DNA of 64,000 bases from Mobula hypostoma (lineage: Eukaryota), in the NCBI RefSeq assembly GCF_963921235.1, contig NW_026948140.1, positions 1 through 64,000 of the forward strand, given 5' to 3'. The notes under the pieces are model-generated. The model did no database searches and had not been told where the DNA came from. It was given only the letters and a program-made list of their open reading frames with translations. The stretch's first letter is position 1, and each line of letters opens with the position of its first letter. A program made the position numbers and the translations under genes. Shown piece after piece: positions 28,136 to 40,150 of this stretch.

Positions 28136-30020
28136 TCACTAGCATAAGCTTTTGTCTGTAGAGGTAGTGGTGGAACTTCTTTTTCTCTGTCTAGACTAAG
28201 GGCCTTTCGATTGATCCGTGCTTAGTTGCATTCTGTGCTCATCAGTGATCTTGAAGCAAACGCAACTGGGCATTGAGACCCATCTTTCATAATGTGTGAT
28301 AAAACAGCTCTAATGCCATAATGGGATGTTTCACACATCAGTCTGATGGGCAGGGATGGGTATAATGGGTGAGCAGTTCTTTGGATGTTATTAGTCTTTT
28401 TCTTTCCTTGAATGCTTTTTCAGATCTTTCTAACCATTCCTACTTTGATCCTGTCTGCAACAGTGCATTCAATGGATGCTGCACTGTAGCAATGTTTGAG
28501 AAAAACTGGTGGTAGTAGTTTACAAAGCCCAAGTATGACCCAAAATGTGACACGCTTTCTGGTTTGGTTGCCTATATCACTCAATCTTCTCTTGTGACTT
28601 ATGTAAGCCATGTTTGTCAATGACATGTCCTTAATATGAGATGTCATCAAAGTAACATTGTGTTCCTGGGATATCTTGGAGCACTTGGTCCATTACTCTG
28701 TGGCAGATTACTGGTGCTGATGTGATGCCAAAGACAAGACTATTACACTGGAACAGTCCCTTGTGAGTGTTGATTGTGAGGAAATTCCTGCTTGACTCCT
28801 CAAACTCCATTTGCAGATAGACTTGTGACAAGTCAATTTTTCAGAACCTCTCCCCACCTGCTAAAGATGCCAAAATGTCTTCTATTCATGACAGAGGATA
28901 CTGCACAGTACGCAGCACTGGGCTGATGCTCACTTTGAGATCTCCACATATGTGAATGGCTCTGGCCTTTCCTTTCTTGATCATTTGGACAATGGCCCAA
29001 TCGCTCCACTCAGCTTTGGAGAGAATTCCAGATGCCTCTAAGCTCTGCAGTTCAGCATCCACTTTAGGACACAGTGCGTAAAGCACTGGACGCACTTTAT
29101 GGAATCTTGGTGTTGGTGCTTCATCCAGTTCAATTCTGGCCTTCATGTCTTTGAGTTTACCAATCCCCTTCTCAAACACCTTCTCATTAGCTCAAAGCAG
29201 CTGTGCGAGTCTCTGGTTAGTGCAACGATTTGAGTTGCTGTTGCCTGTTGGTGCCACACTGAGAGCTTTGACTGAGTGCCAGTCTAGATGGATTTTTCTC
29301 AAACATTCATGTCCAAGAAGTGTTGGCTCTCCACTTTTCAATACATAAAGCTCTAGCTGTTGTGTTTGGCCTCCATACATCTCATTTACTTTCAGTTTGC
29401 CTTTTGGAGACACTTTTTCACCTGTGTAAGTCTTTAGCATCACTGAGGTCTTCTTTAATGGTATCTTACAAAAAAGAGTATTGTAGTCAGCTTCTGGAAT
29501 TACGGACAAAGCTGTCCCTATATCCAGCTCCATTTTCAGTTTTACACCAGACCGAGCTATTGTGATCCAAATGATTTTGTGGTTTGCTTTAGTTATACTA
29601 CAGAGTCTAGACATGAGAGGTCACCTCTGTCAGACTCTGTGTTGTCTGATTCTGTTTTACATTCGGTAACTATGCATTTGCTTAGTTTTGTGTTTTAGAA
29701 TTGTCACTCGGTTCTGTTTTTTATCTGGCTTGCACATTCTCTCGATGTGACCTTGTCTGTGACACTTTCTGCAGACTTTTCCTTTGAACCAACAGTCATT
29801 TGCATCGTGGGACAATTTGCCACATCGATAACATCTTAGACTTTTTGCACCATTCAGGGTCATTCTGTGCGTTTTACATTCTAACCTCTTTTTCTGTAGT
29901 TCTACTGCATCCTTTGCGACAGTCTCTAATGATATTGCAATGGTCAATGCCCATTCTAAGGTTAGGTCTCTTTCGGATAGTAGACACTTTTGAGTGCTTT
30001 GACTATACATACCACGCACA
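28136..30020 (-). mobile_element. Ty3/Gypsy LTR retrotransposon gag-pol relic (two CCHC knuckles, Mag-like)
   Basis: Gag CYRCGKLSHDANDC..CRKCHRQGHIERMC; protease-like MELDIGTALSVI; RT fragments LTINTHKGLFQ..FGITSAP..YFDD; RNase H-like PVAFASRSL near 28250. Many stops and frameshifts; no LTRs seen. Confidence 0.88.
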
Positions 30021-30074
30021 AGTCTGTCCCTTTTATTGCTCTAAAAGAAATAGATCTATACATTACATTTCCTA

Positions 30075-30395
30075 TTGATGAGAGAGTCTAAGACCAGAGG
30101 GCACAGCCTCAGAATAGAGGAATGTCCTCTTAGAACAGAGATGAGGAGGAATTTCTTTATGCAAAGAGTGGTGAATCTGTGGAATTCTTTGCCACTGGCA
30201 GCTGTGCATGCCAAGTCTTTGGGTATATTTAAGGCAGAGGTTGATAGATTCTTGATTGGTCAGGGCATGAAGGAGTCCAGAGTGAAGGCAGGAGATTAGT
30301 GTGAGAGGAATATTGGGTCAGCCATGATGATATGGCAGAGCAGACTCGATGGGCCAAATGGCCTAATTATGCTCCTATATCTTATGGTCTTATGG
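30075..30395 (+). mobile_element. CR1 3' end
   Basis: SKTRGHSLRI..RRNFF..RVVNLWNSLP followed by a CTTATGGT tail. Confidence 0.88.
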
Positions 30396-30568
30396 TAACT
30401 GACTTTATTAAACTAGCAATAGATGAGTGTACCTCACAAAATATTCAGATTCTTCTCCAACCAAAAGACCTGGATGAACTATTTGATTCAAAATCTGCTG
30501 AAAATCAAGCATTCATGACTGGTAACCAATAAAGTTAGAAGAAGTCCAGGTATGATCTCTGGAAAGCT

Positions 30569-30995
30569 CGTCGTCGTTGTCGTGGCTATCCCTCGAGGTT
30601 GAGGGTGATGGTCTTTGTTCTGAAGAAGTGGCCCACAGAGTGAAGACACCTGTGCGTGTATTTGTTTAACGTGTACTTGATGTTGCACTCCAAGAAGCAC
30701 ACGATACTTCACAAATCAACCAACTGATTCCAATGGTATGGAAACCACAACGATTGGAGCCGATGGATCTGTTGCAGCCTTCATCCGCCTTCACAGCCGT
30801 TGAGTTCGAAGTAACTTCGTCTGCCTGTTCCACCGTTGAGGTCTTGGTTGGATTGTTCTTTGTCAGGGACCTCACTCTTGACCTTACCGCCATGGGTGAC
30901 CCTACCAGGAGCATAGCTCCACACGGCATCGCTCTGGGGATCACAGGACCAGACAAGCTTCTCCACCACGACAAGGTGACAATCCATGGAGAAGC
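30569..30995 (-). mobile_element. Short non-autonomous RTE-derived retroelement (427 bp) with 10-bp TSD
   Basis: TSD CTGGAAAGCT at 30559-30568 and 30996-31005; RTE-type 5' motif GTCACCTTGTCGTGGTGGAG; (GAC)n-like 3' tail. Confidence 0.8.
30849..30995 (-). ncRNA. Putative HDV-like self-cleaving ribozyme at the RTE element 5' end
   Basis: P1 GCUUCUCC/GGAGAAGC; P2 UGGAUUGU/ACAAUCCA; P3 ACC/GGU closing loop UUGUCGU; a CAAA segment shortly before the 3' strand of P2. P1.1 and P4 not confidently assigned. Confidence 0.55.
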
Positions 30996-31168
30996 CTGGA
31001 AAGCTATCTCACAGGCGAAGTGGCAATTCTGGACCAAACTTGAATCAACTTGATGCTCGACAGTTGTGGCAGGGCATCAACTATCACCTCTTATGAAGTT
31101 AAATCAAGTGACATGGGAGACAGTAGGGCTTCGCTTACGGTTGAGTTCAATACCTTCTATGGTTGCTT

Positions 31169-31678
31169 TAGAAACATAGAAAATAGGTGCAGGAGTAGGC
31201 CATTCGGCCCTTCGAGCCTGCACCGCCATTCAGTATGATCATGGCTGATCATCCAACTCAGAACCCTGTACCAGCCTTCCCTCCATACCCCCTGATCCCT
31301 TTAGCCACAAGGGCCATATCTAACTCCCTCTTAAATATAGCCAATGAACTGGCCTCAACTGTTTCCTGTGGCAGAGAATTCCACAGATTCACCACTCTCT
31401 GTGTGAAGAAGTTTTTCCTAATCTTGGTCCTAAAAGGCTTCCCCTTTATCCTCAGACTGTGACCCCTCGTTCTGGACTTCCTCAACATCGGGAACAATCT
31501 TCCTGCATCTAGCCTGTCCAATCCCTTTAGGATTTTATACGTTTCAATCAGATCCCCCCTCAGTCTTCTAAATTCCAATGAGTATAAGCCTAGTTCATCC
31601 AGTCTTTCATCATATGAAAGTCCTGCCATCCCAGGAATCAATCTGGTGAACCTTCTTTGTACTCCCTCTATGGCAAGG
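31169..31678 (-). mobile_element. CR1 3' end, same young subfamily as 56411-60451
   Basis: ORF 31258-31641 is nearly identical to the peptides encoded at 59970-60356; TAGAAACA tail. Confidence 0.93.
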
Positions 31679-31914
31679 TTGTCATAGAGGGACCATCAAA
31701 ACATGGAGGAACCATCATGAACTCCCACATCCCTGATGTTCATGTGATTTCAGTCTCTGATGCCGATGTACAAGCCGTCTTTAGAAGGGTGAGGTGAGGA
31801 CCTCTGTCGGTCAGAGTTGACCATGGATATTGTGTCTTAGCTGTCTAGATATGCAAGCTTGGGCAGTATGATATGGAGAACAAGCTGTTGCCCATGTAGC
31901 AAGCTCCCCCTCTT

Positions 31915-32310
31915 TAAAACTTAGAAGACTGAGTGGAGATTTGATAGGGGTATACAAAATTATGAGGGGTATAGATAGGGTAAATGCAAGCAGGCTTTTT
32001 CCACTGAGATTTTGTGGGACTACAACCAGAGGTCATGGGTTAAAGGTGAAAGATGATAAGTTTAAGGGAACATGAGGGGAAACTTTACTCAGAGGGACGT
32101 GAAAATTAGGACCGAACTGCCAGCACAAGTGGGACAGGCAAGCTGAATTTCAACATTTAAGTGAAGTTTGGATACGTACATGGATAGTAGGGGTATAGAG
32201 AGCTATGGTCCGGTGCAGGTCAATGGGAATAGGCAATTGAAATGATTTCAGCATGGTGTAAATGGGCTGAAGGGCCTGTTCTGTGCTGTGCTTCTCTCTG
32301 TCTCTATAAG
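31915..32310 (+). mobile_element. Old CR1 3' end
   Basis: Degenerate RRLxGDLI..YKIMRG..TRGH sequence and a CR1-like 3' UTR. Confidence 0.75.
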
Positions 32311-32490
32311 TATGATTAGCTTTAGATACTGAGAGCAAAGGTTTGGAGGTATGATTAGCATTTATGGTCAGATGTATGAGTGTCAATTATGATTGGAGTT
32401 ATGATCGGCAAATATGATCAGAAATATGATTGACAATTATGACCAGAGGTATGATTAGCAAATATGATTGGAGGTATGGTTGACAAGTTT
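32310..32490. repeat. Degenerate ~12-bp tandem repeat (TATGATnnnnnn) leading into an old CR1 RT fragment (to ~32940)
   Basis: TATGA recurs every ~12 nt and runs into GACAAGTTTGCAG (KFAD-like). Confidence 0.6.
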
Positions 32491-34259
32491 GCAGAGACAA
32501 GATCAATGGAAGTGTTGATAATCAGGCTACAGAGAGACTGATATTGATGTTTTGGTGAAATTGCAGATGAAGTTTAATGGTGATAAATGTAAGGTGATGC
32601 ATACTGCGAATAATAATGAGGCTGTATATCATGAATGAAGAGTCCCAGGGAGGACACTTGTGATTCCTGAAGGTAGAAGTAGATAACATTGTTAAAAAGG
32701 CACTTGGAATACTGCCTTTCATTAGCCAGAGCACTGAATACTAGAGCAGGAAGTTGTGCTCCAACGTTATCAAACCATGTTCGGAGCTCATTTGGAGTTC
32801 TGTATAGCTCTGGTCACCACACTGTAGGACAGATGTGAGCATGCTGGAAGGGCTGTAGTGGAAATTCCCCAGGATGTTGCCTGGGATGGAGCTGATCAGT
32901 TATGAGGAGAGACTGGATGGTCCGGGTCTGTTCCTAATCCAAAGTGTAGTGAGTACCAGGACTACACTGCTGGTGTTTGAGAAGAGTTCAGGCAGACAAA
33001 TGAGTTCCTTGGCCAGAGGTAGCTATGTTGGAAGTTAAGATTGATAAGGATGATGCCATAGGTTAGAATGACATGGCTAACAAATGTCCTGTTGTTTGTG
33101 CTCTATAAGACTTGAGTGGCTATGGCAGGATAACAAAGGATCTAATTCCCTACCCAGAGGTAGAATGTAGAGACACAGAGCAATACAGCACAGATACAGG
33201 CCCTTCAGCCTAACCATTCCGTGCCAACCATGGTGCCACCCAGCTGGTCCCAATTTCCAGCATTTGGCCCATATCTCTCCAAGTTCCTGCCCTCCATGTA
33301 CGTATCCAAGTGCTTTTTAAATGATACTTTTGTACTTCCCTCAACCACTTGCTCTGGCACTTTCAGATCCCATTTAAATCTTTCTCCTCATACCCTATTT
33401 CTATGCCCCTAGTTTTTGAACTTCCCTCCCTTGGGCAAAAAGACTGCTATCCTTCACCCTATCTATGTAATTGATAAAAGGATTATAGAGGATTAGAAGC
33501 ATGTGGATTGTACAGTACATCATGATTAAGGAACTGAAGTGTGCCAAGTTGCAAGCACAAAGGCCCAAATTGTGTGAAGAGCTAGAGGGTTAAATGACAG
33601 ATGACTGAGTAATACGATTATAAGATTAATTGTGATGTGGTGGACTCTTGCCAGCAATGTGAAGGCACTGTTTGAGGGTAATTGGAACAGTAAATGTCAG
33701 TCTTTCCAGAAAGGTCACACTGTGAGAATGAATAAATAAAAAAGCCCTCCACAGCAGATAATGCACAGAGAATTCAACAAACTGCTGTATAGTCAATGAA
33801 ATTACTCTGGTTCAACAACCTCTCTGGAGCCCGTTCCTTCTCTCCTGTTTATCAAGTGAATAGAAATTTTCCTCAGAATACAACAAAGCAACTCCACAGT
33901 GCATTGGTGGTCTGGAATATTACTCCCTCACTCTACAACTAAAGAATTAGCCCAACTCCCAGCAGCGTGACAAGACCGTCAGCCCTTTCCTTTGCAAGTT
34001 ACTGGAACCAATTCTATACAAGGAAAGACCGTTTTATACAGTTGAATACAGAAACCTCACCATAAATGAAAATTCCACAAACATGGTATCAATCATTTTG
34101 ATATCCACACCACATCCTGCCTTTCAGAATAATTAGCTTTCAGCTATACAGATGTAAGATGTATCAACATTCCATAAATATTATAGGCAAGAAGACGCAA
34201 GCATCTTTATCACAAGGTTAGTCCCACCATGGCCAATGGCCCCAGATACAGAGTTACTG

Positions 34260-34421
34260 TCATTGTTTCCCTGGTGATTCACATATGAAATTCTCTGGCA
34301 AATACCAACTGACTATGAGGACAAAGTTGCTCAGAACGATGGCAACAATGTTGAATGGCCGTGCTGTAGATCCATAATGCAGTGCTCCTTCCATGTCACC
34401 AACACATTTCTGATCTCCAGG
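34260..34421 (-). pseudogene. IFITM: Diverged IFITM/CD225-family terminal exon (exon 2); pseudo-exon or alternative last exon
   Basis: Acceptor ...TTTCTTTTAG (AG at 34422-34423), then PGDQKCVGDMEGALHYGSTARPFNIVAIVLSNFVLIVSWYLPENFICESPGKQ*. Aligns to IFITM exon 2 and to 48467-48637, but SRDRK has become PGDQK. Confidence 0.8.
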
Positions 34422-35091
34422 CTAAAAGAAAGTAAGTATAATCATGGCTGTGCTCCAAATAACATCACATGGAGTACTTTCTTCCCTCTTGTTGATAAAC
34501 ACTTGACCACTTCACACAGTAATTTCCACCTCAATACCAGAGTCACACAGAACGGAAACCAGCCCTATGGTCAAACAGATCCATGCTGACCAAAATTCTC
34601 ATACAAGTTAGTCCCATTTGCTTGTGTTTGACCCATATCCCTCTGAACCTTTCCTATCCATGTACCTGTCCAAATATCTTTGAAATATTGTTGTCACGCC
34701 TGTCTCAACCACATTCTGTGGCAACTGGTTCCACACACCATGGATTACTGATGAATTATTACATTTAAATGTCAGTTAATTCATTAAGAATTAAAACAAC
34801 AGTTGTCTGTATTTTAACCCAAAGACAACATTTTCTAAGTTGGCTAATAGCATTTAAAAATAATGTAAAGTTCACAGTCTTCAATGCCTTGGCAATTCAG
34901 CACAAGAGCAGGAGGAGCAGAACACTTGGCTCGCCATTAACTATAATCATTGCTGAAGATTGTGAGAGTTGTTGCTGCCTTCTCTCTATCAGGCAGTGTG
35001 TTGGAGATTTGAACTGCCATTTGGGTGAAATGCTGTTATTCAGACCCAACGTCCGCCACTTACCCTATGCTTTCAGATTTTATTTATATAT

Positions 35092-35380
35092 TTGTTTATT
35101 TATTGAGATACAGTGTGGAACAGGCCTTTCCAGCCCCTTGAGCCATGCCACCCAGCATTCCCCAATTTAATCCCAGCCTAATCACCAGACAATTTACTAT
35201 GACCAATTAACATACCAACCAGTATGTCTTTGGACTGTGGGAGGAAACTGGAGTACCCAGATGAAACCCACGAGGTCACGGAGAGAGTGTACAAACTCCT
35301 TACAGAGAGCAGTGGGAATTGAACCCAGGATGCCTGTACTGGAAAGCATTGTGCTAACCACTGTGCTACTGTGGCGTCCC
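35092..35380 (-). mobile_element. tRNA-derived SINE (V-SINE-like)
   Basis: Minus-strand A box TAGCACAGTGG and B box GGTTCAATTCC; V-domain-like GGAGTTTGTAC...GGTACTCCAGTTTCCTCCCACAGTCCAAAGAC. Confidence 0.82.
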
Positions 35381-35419
35381 AGTGAAGGTGAGTGGTGGAA
35401 AGGTTAGGGGAGAGGGCAA

Positions 35420-35508
35420 CACTCATAACACGCTGGAGGAACTCAGCAGGTCGGGCAGCATCCGTGGAAAAGATCGGTCGACGTTTCAGGCTGGAACCCT
35501 TCGTCAGG
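35420..35508 (-). mobile_element. Penelope-like element terminal fragment with hammerhead core
   Basis: Reverse complement reads CCTGACGAAGGGTTCCAGCCTGAAACGTCGAC...CCTGCTGAGTTCCTCCAGC, homologous to 40023-40110. Confidence 0.78.
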
Positions 35509-36025
35509 CTTTTTCCCAGGGCTGAAATGGCTAGCACAAGAGGGCACAGTTTTAAGTTGCTTGGAAGTAGGTACAGAGGAGATGTCAGGGGTAAGTTTTT
35601 TACACAGAGAGTGGTGAGTGCGTGGAATGGGCTGCCGGCAGCAGTGGTGGAGGCGGATACGATAGTGTCTTTTAAGAGACTCCTGGACAGGTACATGGAG
35701 CTTAGAAAAATAGAGGGCTATGGGTAACCCGAGGTAATTTCTAAGTAAGTACACGTTCGGCACAGCATTGTGGGCTGAAGGGTCTGTATTGTGCTGTAGG
35801 TTTTGTATGTTTTGATGTTTCTCTGTCAGAAAGTAGTGGGTGCCTGGAACGCATTGCCAGGGCTGACAGAAGCAGATATATTAGGAACATTTAAAAGAGT
35901 CTGAGATATTGATATGGATGTCAGCAAAATGGAGGATTATGGGCTGTGTAGGAGGGAAAGATTAGACAGACCATTGGATAAGTCTAAAAGTTCGGCACAA
36001 CATGGTGAGCCGAAGGGACTGTACT
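35509..36025 (+). mobile_element. Two CR1 3' ends in tandem
   Basis: LFPRAEMASTRGHSFK..RVVSAWNGLP plus 3' UTR to ~35822; a second, older copy at 35825-36025. Confidence 0.85.
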
Positions 36026-36206
36026 ATAATTTTCCAGCCTCATATAGGATGGAAACAACCGAGATATCCTTCCCCCCAGATTCCAGTTTCAGGTTTTACA
36101 GAGATTCAGCACCTCAGATGGTGCTGTTGCTGTTACTGTGCAGCATGAAATCAGCACAAAAACAAGATCTTTGGCCTACCATCTCTGTGCCGACCATGAT
36201 GCCTGC

Positions 36207-36817
36207 ACATGGTCCATATCCCTCCATCCCCCCATCTGTCTGCGCATGGTGCATATCCCTCCATTCCTCATCTGTCTGTACATGGTCCATATCCCTCCAA
36301 TCCCCCATCTCTCTGCGCATAATCCATATCCCTCCATTCCCCATCTGTCTGTGCATGATCCATATCCCTCCAATCCCCCATCTCTCTGCGCATAATCCAT
36401 ATCCCTCCATCCCCCCATCTGTCTGCGCATGGTGCATATCCCTCCATTCCTCATCTGTCTGTACATGGTCCATATCCCTCCAATCCCCCATCTCTCTGCG
36501 CATAATCCATATCCCTCCATTCCTCATCTGTCTGTACATGGTCCATATCCCTCCAATCCCCCATCTCTCTGTGCATAATCCATATCCCTCCATTCCCCAT
36601 CTGTCTGTGCATGATCCATATCCCTCCAATCCCTCATCTGTCTGTACATGGTCCATATCCCTCCAATCCCTCATCTGTCTGTACATGGTCCATATCCCTC
36701 CATCCCCTCATCTGTCTGTACATGGTCCATATCCCTCCAATCCCTCATCTGTCTGTACATGGTCCATATCCCTCCATCCCCTCATCTGTCTGTACATGGT
36801 CCATATCCCTCTATTCC
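36207..36817. repeat. 36-37-bp minisatellite (~16 copies), unit GGTCCATATCCCTCCAATCCCTCATCTGTCTGTACAT
   Basis: GTCCATAT recurs at 36651, 36688, 36725, 36762 and 36799 (37-nt period). Confidence 0.95.
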
Positions 36818-38948
36818 CAATCTCGTTGGACAGCAGCACAGATCCAGTAGGAGTGTTCCCACGCAGGTTTGGAGTGTGGCTTGAACAGCAACAGTTTTCA
36901 GCATGAGTCTTTGATAGGACAGCAGCGTAGATGCAATGGAACTATTCCCGCGTAGGGCCAGAGTGGCAATAGGAAAACCTAGTCTCCATAAAAGAGAGGT
37001 ATGGGTCGGTCATCATGGGAACAGTCATCCATAAGACCATAAAACACAGGAGCAGAATTAGGCCATTCAGCCCATCGAGTCTGCACCACTATTCCATCAT
37101 GGCTGGTCCAGAATCCCACTCAACAACATATACCTGCCTTCTTGTCATATCCTTTGATGCCCTGACTGATCAGGAAAAAACAACTTCTGCCTTAAATATA
37201 CCCATGGACTTGGCCTCCACCACAGTCTGTGGTAGAGCATTCCACAGATTTACTACTCTGGCTAAAAAAAAATTCCTCATTACATCTGTTCTAATCAGCC
37301 TTTAATTCTGATGCTGTGCCTTGTAATTCTGGATACCCCCACCAGAGGAAACATCCTCTCCATATCCACCCGATCTAGACCTTTCAACATTCAGTAGCTT
37401 TCAGTGAGGTTCCCCCACATTCTTATCAATTCCAGTGAGTACAGGCTCAAACCTGCCAAATGCTCCTCATATGTTAACCCCTTCTTTCCTGGAATCATCC
37501 TTGTGAACCTCCTCTGGACTCTCTCCAATGATATACTGTACGTCATAAAAAGCAGCAGTCCCAACATCAACCTTTGTGAAACTCCACTGGTAACCGGCAG
37601 CCAGCCAGAATAGGATCCCTTTATTCCCACTCTGTTTTCTGCCGATCAGCCAATGCTCCACCCATGCCAGTAACTTCATGTAATTCCATGGGCTCCTTGC
37701 CAAAGGCCTTCTGAAAATCCAACTACACCACATCCACTGCATTTCCTTTGTCTACCCTGCCTGTAATTTTCTCAAAAAATTGCAGTAGGTTAGTCAGGCA
37801 GGATTTTCCTTTCAGGAAACCATGCTGGCTTTGGCCTATTTTGTTATGTGCCTCCGTGTGCTCTATAATCTCATCCCTAACAATCGATCCCAACAACTTC
37901 CCAACCACTGATGTCAGGCTAACAGGTCTATAGTTTCCTTTCTGCTACCTCCCACTCTTCTGAAAAAGTAGAGTAACATTTACCATTTTCCAGTCATCAG
38001 GTACAATGGCAGAATCTATCGATTCTTGAAAGATCATTGTTAATGCCTCCACAATCTCTCCAGCAACTAACTTCAGAACCCAAGGGTGCATGCCATCAGG
38101 TCCAGGAGATTTATCCATCCTCAAACCATTAAGCTTCCTGAGCACCTTCTCAGTCGTAATTTTCACTGCACATACTTCACTTCCCTGACACTCTTGAATG
38201 TCCGGTATACTGCAGATGTCTTCCACTGTGAAGACTGATGCAAAATACACATTCAGTTCCTCTGCCATCTCTGCGCCTCTCATTACAATATCTCCAGTGT
38301 CATTTTCTATTGGTCTTATACCTACCCTCAACTCTCTTTATACCCTTTATATACTTAAAGGAGCTTTTAGTATCTTCTTTGATATTAGTCACCAACTTCC
38401 TTTCATAGTTTATCTCTTCCTTCCTAATGATCTTCTTAGTTTCCTTCTGCTAGTTTTTAAAATCTCCTCAATCTTCTATTTTCCCACTAGCTTTGGCTTC
38501 TTTGTGTGCCCTCTCTTTTGCTCTTACTATGCTCTGACTTCACTTGTCAGCCACAGTAGTAGCCTTCTTCCCTTTGAAAATTTCTTCTTATTTGGAATAT
38601 ATCTGTCTTGCACATCCCTCATTTTTCATAGAAACTCCGGTCATTGCTGCTCTGCTGTCCTTCCTGCAAGTGTCCCTTTCCAGTTAACTTCGACCAGTTC
38701 CCCTCTCATGCCATCGTATTTTCCTTTATTCCACTGAAATACTGACACATTGGAATTTAGTTTCTCCTTCTCAAATTTCAGAGTGAACTCGGTCATATTG
38801 TGATCACCGTTCCCTAAGGGCTTCTTAACCTTAAACTCTCTTATCACCTCCGGATCATTGCACAATACCCAATCCAGCACAGCCAATCCCCTAGTGGGCT
38901 CAACAGCAAGTTGTTCTAAAAAGCCATCCCTTAGACGTTCTACAGATT

Positions 38949-40150
38949 TTCTATTCCCTATTCCCAGTTCCTCCATCTCCGCCGCATCTGCTCCGAGGAC
39001 AAGGTTTTCCGTTCCAGGACATCTCAAATGTCCTCTTCCTTTAAGGATCGTGGTTTCCCTTCTGCTGTCATCAATGATGCCCTCACCCACATCTCCTCCA
39101 TTTCCCGCACTTCGGCTCTCACCCCATCCTCCCGCCACCACAACAGGGACAGAGTTCCCCTTGTCCTCACCTAACACCCCACTAGCCTCCTGATCCAACA
39201 CATTATCCTCCGCAACTTCCGCCACCTTCAACAGGACCCCACCACTAAGCACATCTTTCCCTTCCACCCCTTTCCGCCTTCTGCAGGGATCGGTCCCTCT
39301 GCGACTCCCTGGTCCACACGTCCCTCCCCACGGATCTCGCACCCAGCACTTATCCTTGTAAGTGTAAGTGCTACACCTGTCCCTACACCTCCTGTCTTGC
39401 CACCATTCAGGGCCCCAAACAGTCCTTCCAGGTGATGGCAACACTTCACTTGTGAGTCTGTTAGGGTTATCTATTGCATCCGGTGCTCCTGGTGCGGCCT
39501 CCTCTACATCGGTGAAACCCGACGGAGATTGGGGGACCGCTTCGTTGAGCACCTCCGCTCCGTCTACCACAACAGACAGGATCTCCCAGTAGCCACCCAC
39601 TTCAACTCTGCTTCCCACTCTCATTCAGATATGTCCATAAATGGCCTCCTCCACCACCATGATGGGACTAAACTCAGGTTGGAGGAGCAACACCTCATAT
39701 ACCGTCTAGGTAGTCTCCAGCCCCTTGGGATGAACATAGAATTCTCCAACTTCCGGTAATTCCCTCCCCCTCCCTTCCCCTATCCCTATGTCACTCTGCC
39801 CCCTCCCCAGCTGCCTATCACCTCCCTCATGGTCCCACCTCCTTCTACTACCCATTGTGTTTTCCCCTATTCTTTCTTCACCTTTCCTGCCTATCACCTC
39901 CCTGCCTCCCTTCCTCCACCCCTTTATCTTTCCCCTTACTGGTTTTTCACCTGGAACCTACCAGCCTTCTCCTTCCCACCCTCCCCCCACCTTCTTTATA
40001 GGGCCTCTGCCCCTTCCCTCTACAGTCCTGACGAAGGGTTCTGGCCCGAAACGTTGACTGATCGTTTCCACGGATGCTGCCCAACCTGCTGAGTTCCTCC
40101 AGTGTGTTGTGAGTGTTGCTTTGACCCCAGCATCTGCAGATTATATTGTG
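38949..40150 (+). mobile_element. Penelope-like element (GIY-YIG end plus terminal repeat), 5'-truncated
   Basis: YCIRCSWCGLLYIGETRRRLGDRFVEH GIY-YIG-like motif; pyrimidine-rich tract; 10-bp TSD TCTACAGATT at 38939-38948 and 40151-40160. Confidence 0.9.
40023..40060 (+). ncRNA. Minimal type I hammerhead ribozyme motif of the Penelope terminal repeat
   Basis: Stem I CAGTC/GACTG, core CTGACGA, stem II GGG..CCC, GAAAC, GTT triplet, palindromic AACGTT. Confidence 0.72.

Larger units (their letters stand above)
30396..31790 (+). mobile_element. Rex1/Babar-like LINE ORF fragment split by two younger insertions
   Basis: VTDFIKLAIDEC and KAISQAKWQFWTKLES peptides resemble the Rex1-type inter-domain region. 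Pieces lie at about 30396-30568, 30996-31168 and 31685-31790. Confidence 0.55.

Noticed and set aside
35058..35064. Minus-strand GGTAAGT donor as a possible IFITM exon 1 end
   Set aside because: Upstream sequence is AT-rich or SINE-derived and does not encode the CCLGF..SVK motif.
35310..35380. tRNA gene
   Set aside because: A and B boxes are present but continue into a SINE body, with no complete cloverleaf.
35914..36906. 330-aa ORF
   Set aside because: It is read-through of a CR1 tail and the 37-bp minisatellite, with no recognisable domain.
38641..39624. 327-aa minus-strand ORF
   Set aside because: It is a chimera of antisense Penelope sequence and CR1 endonuclease created by the insertion.
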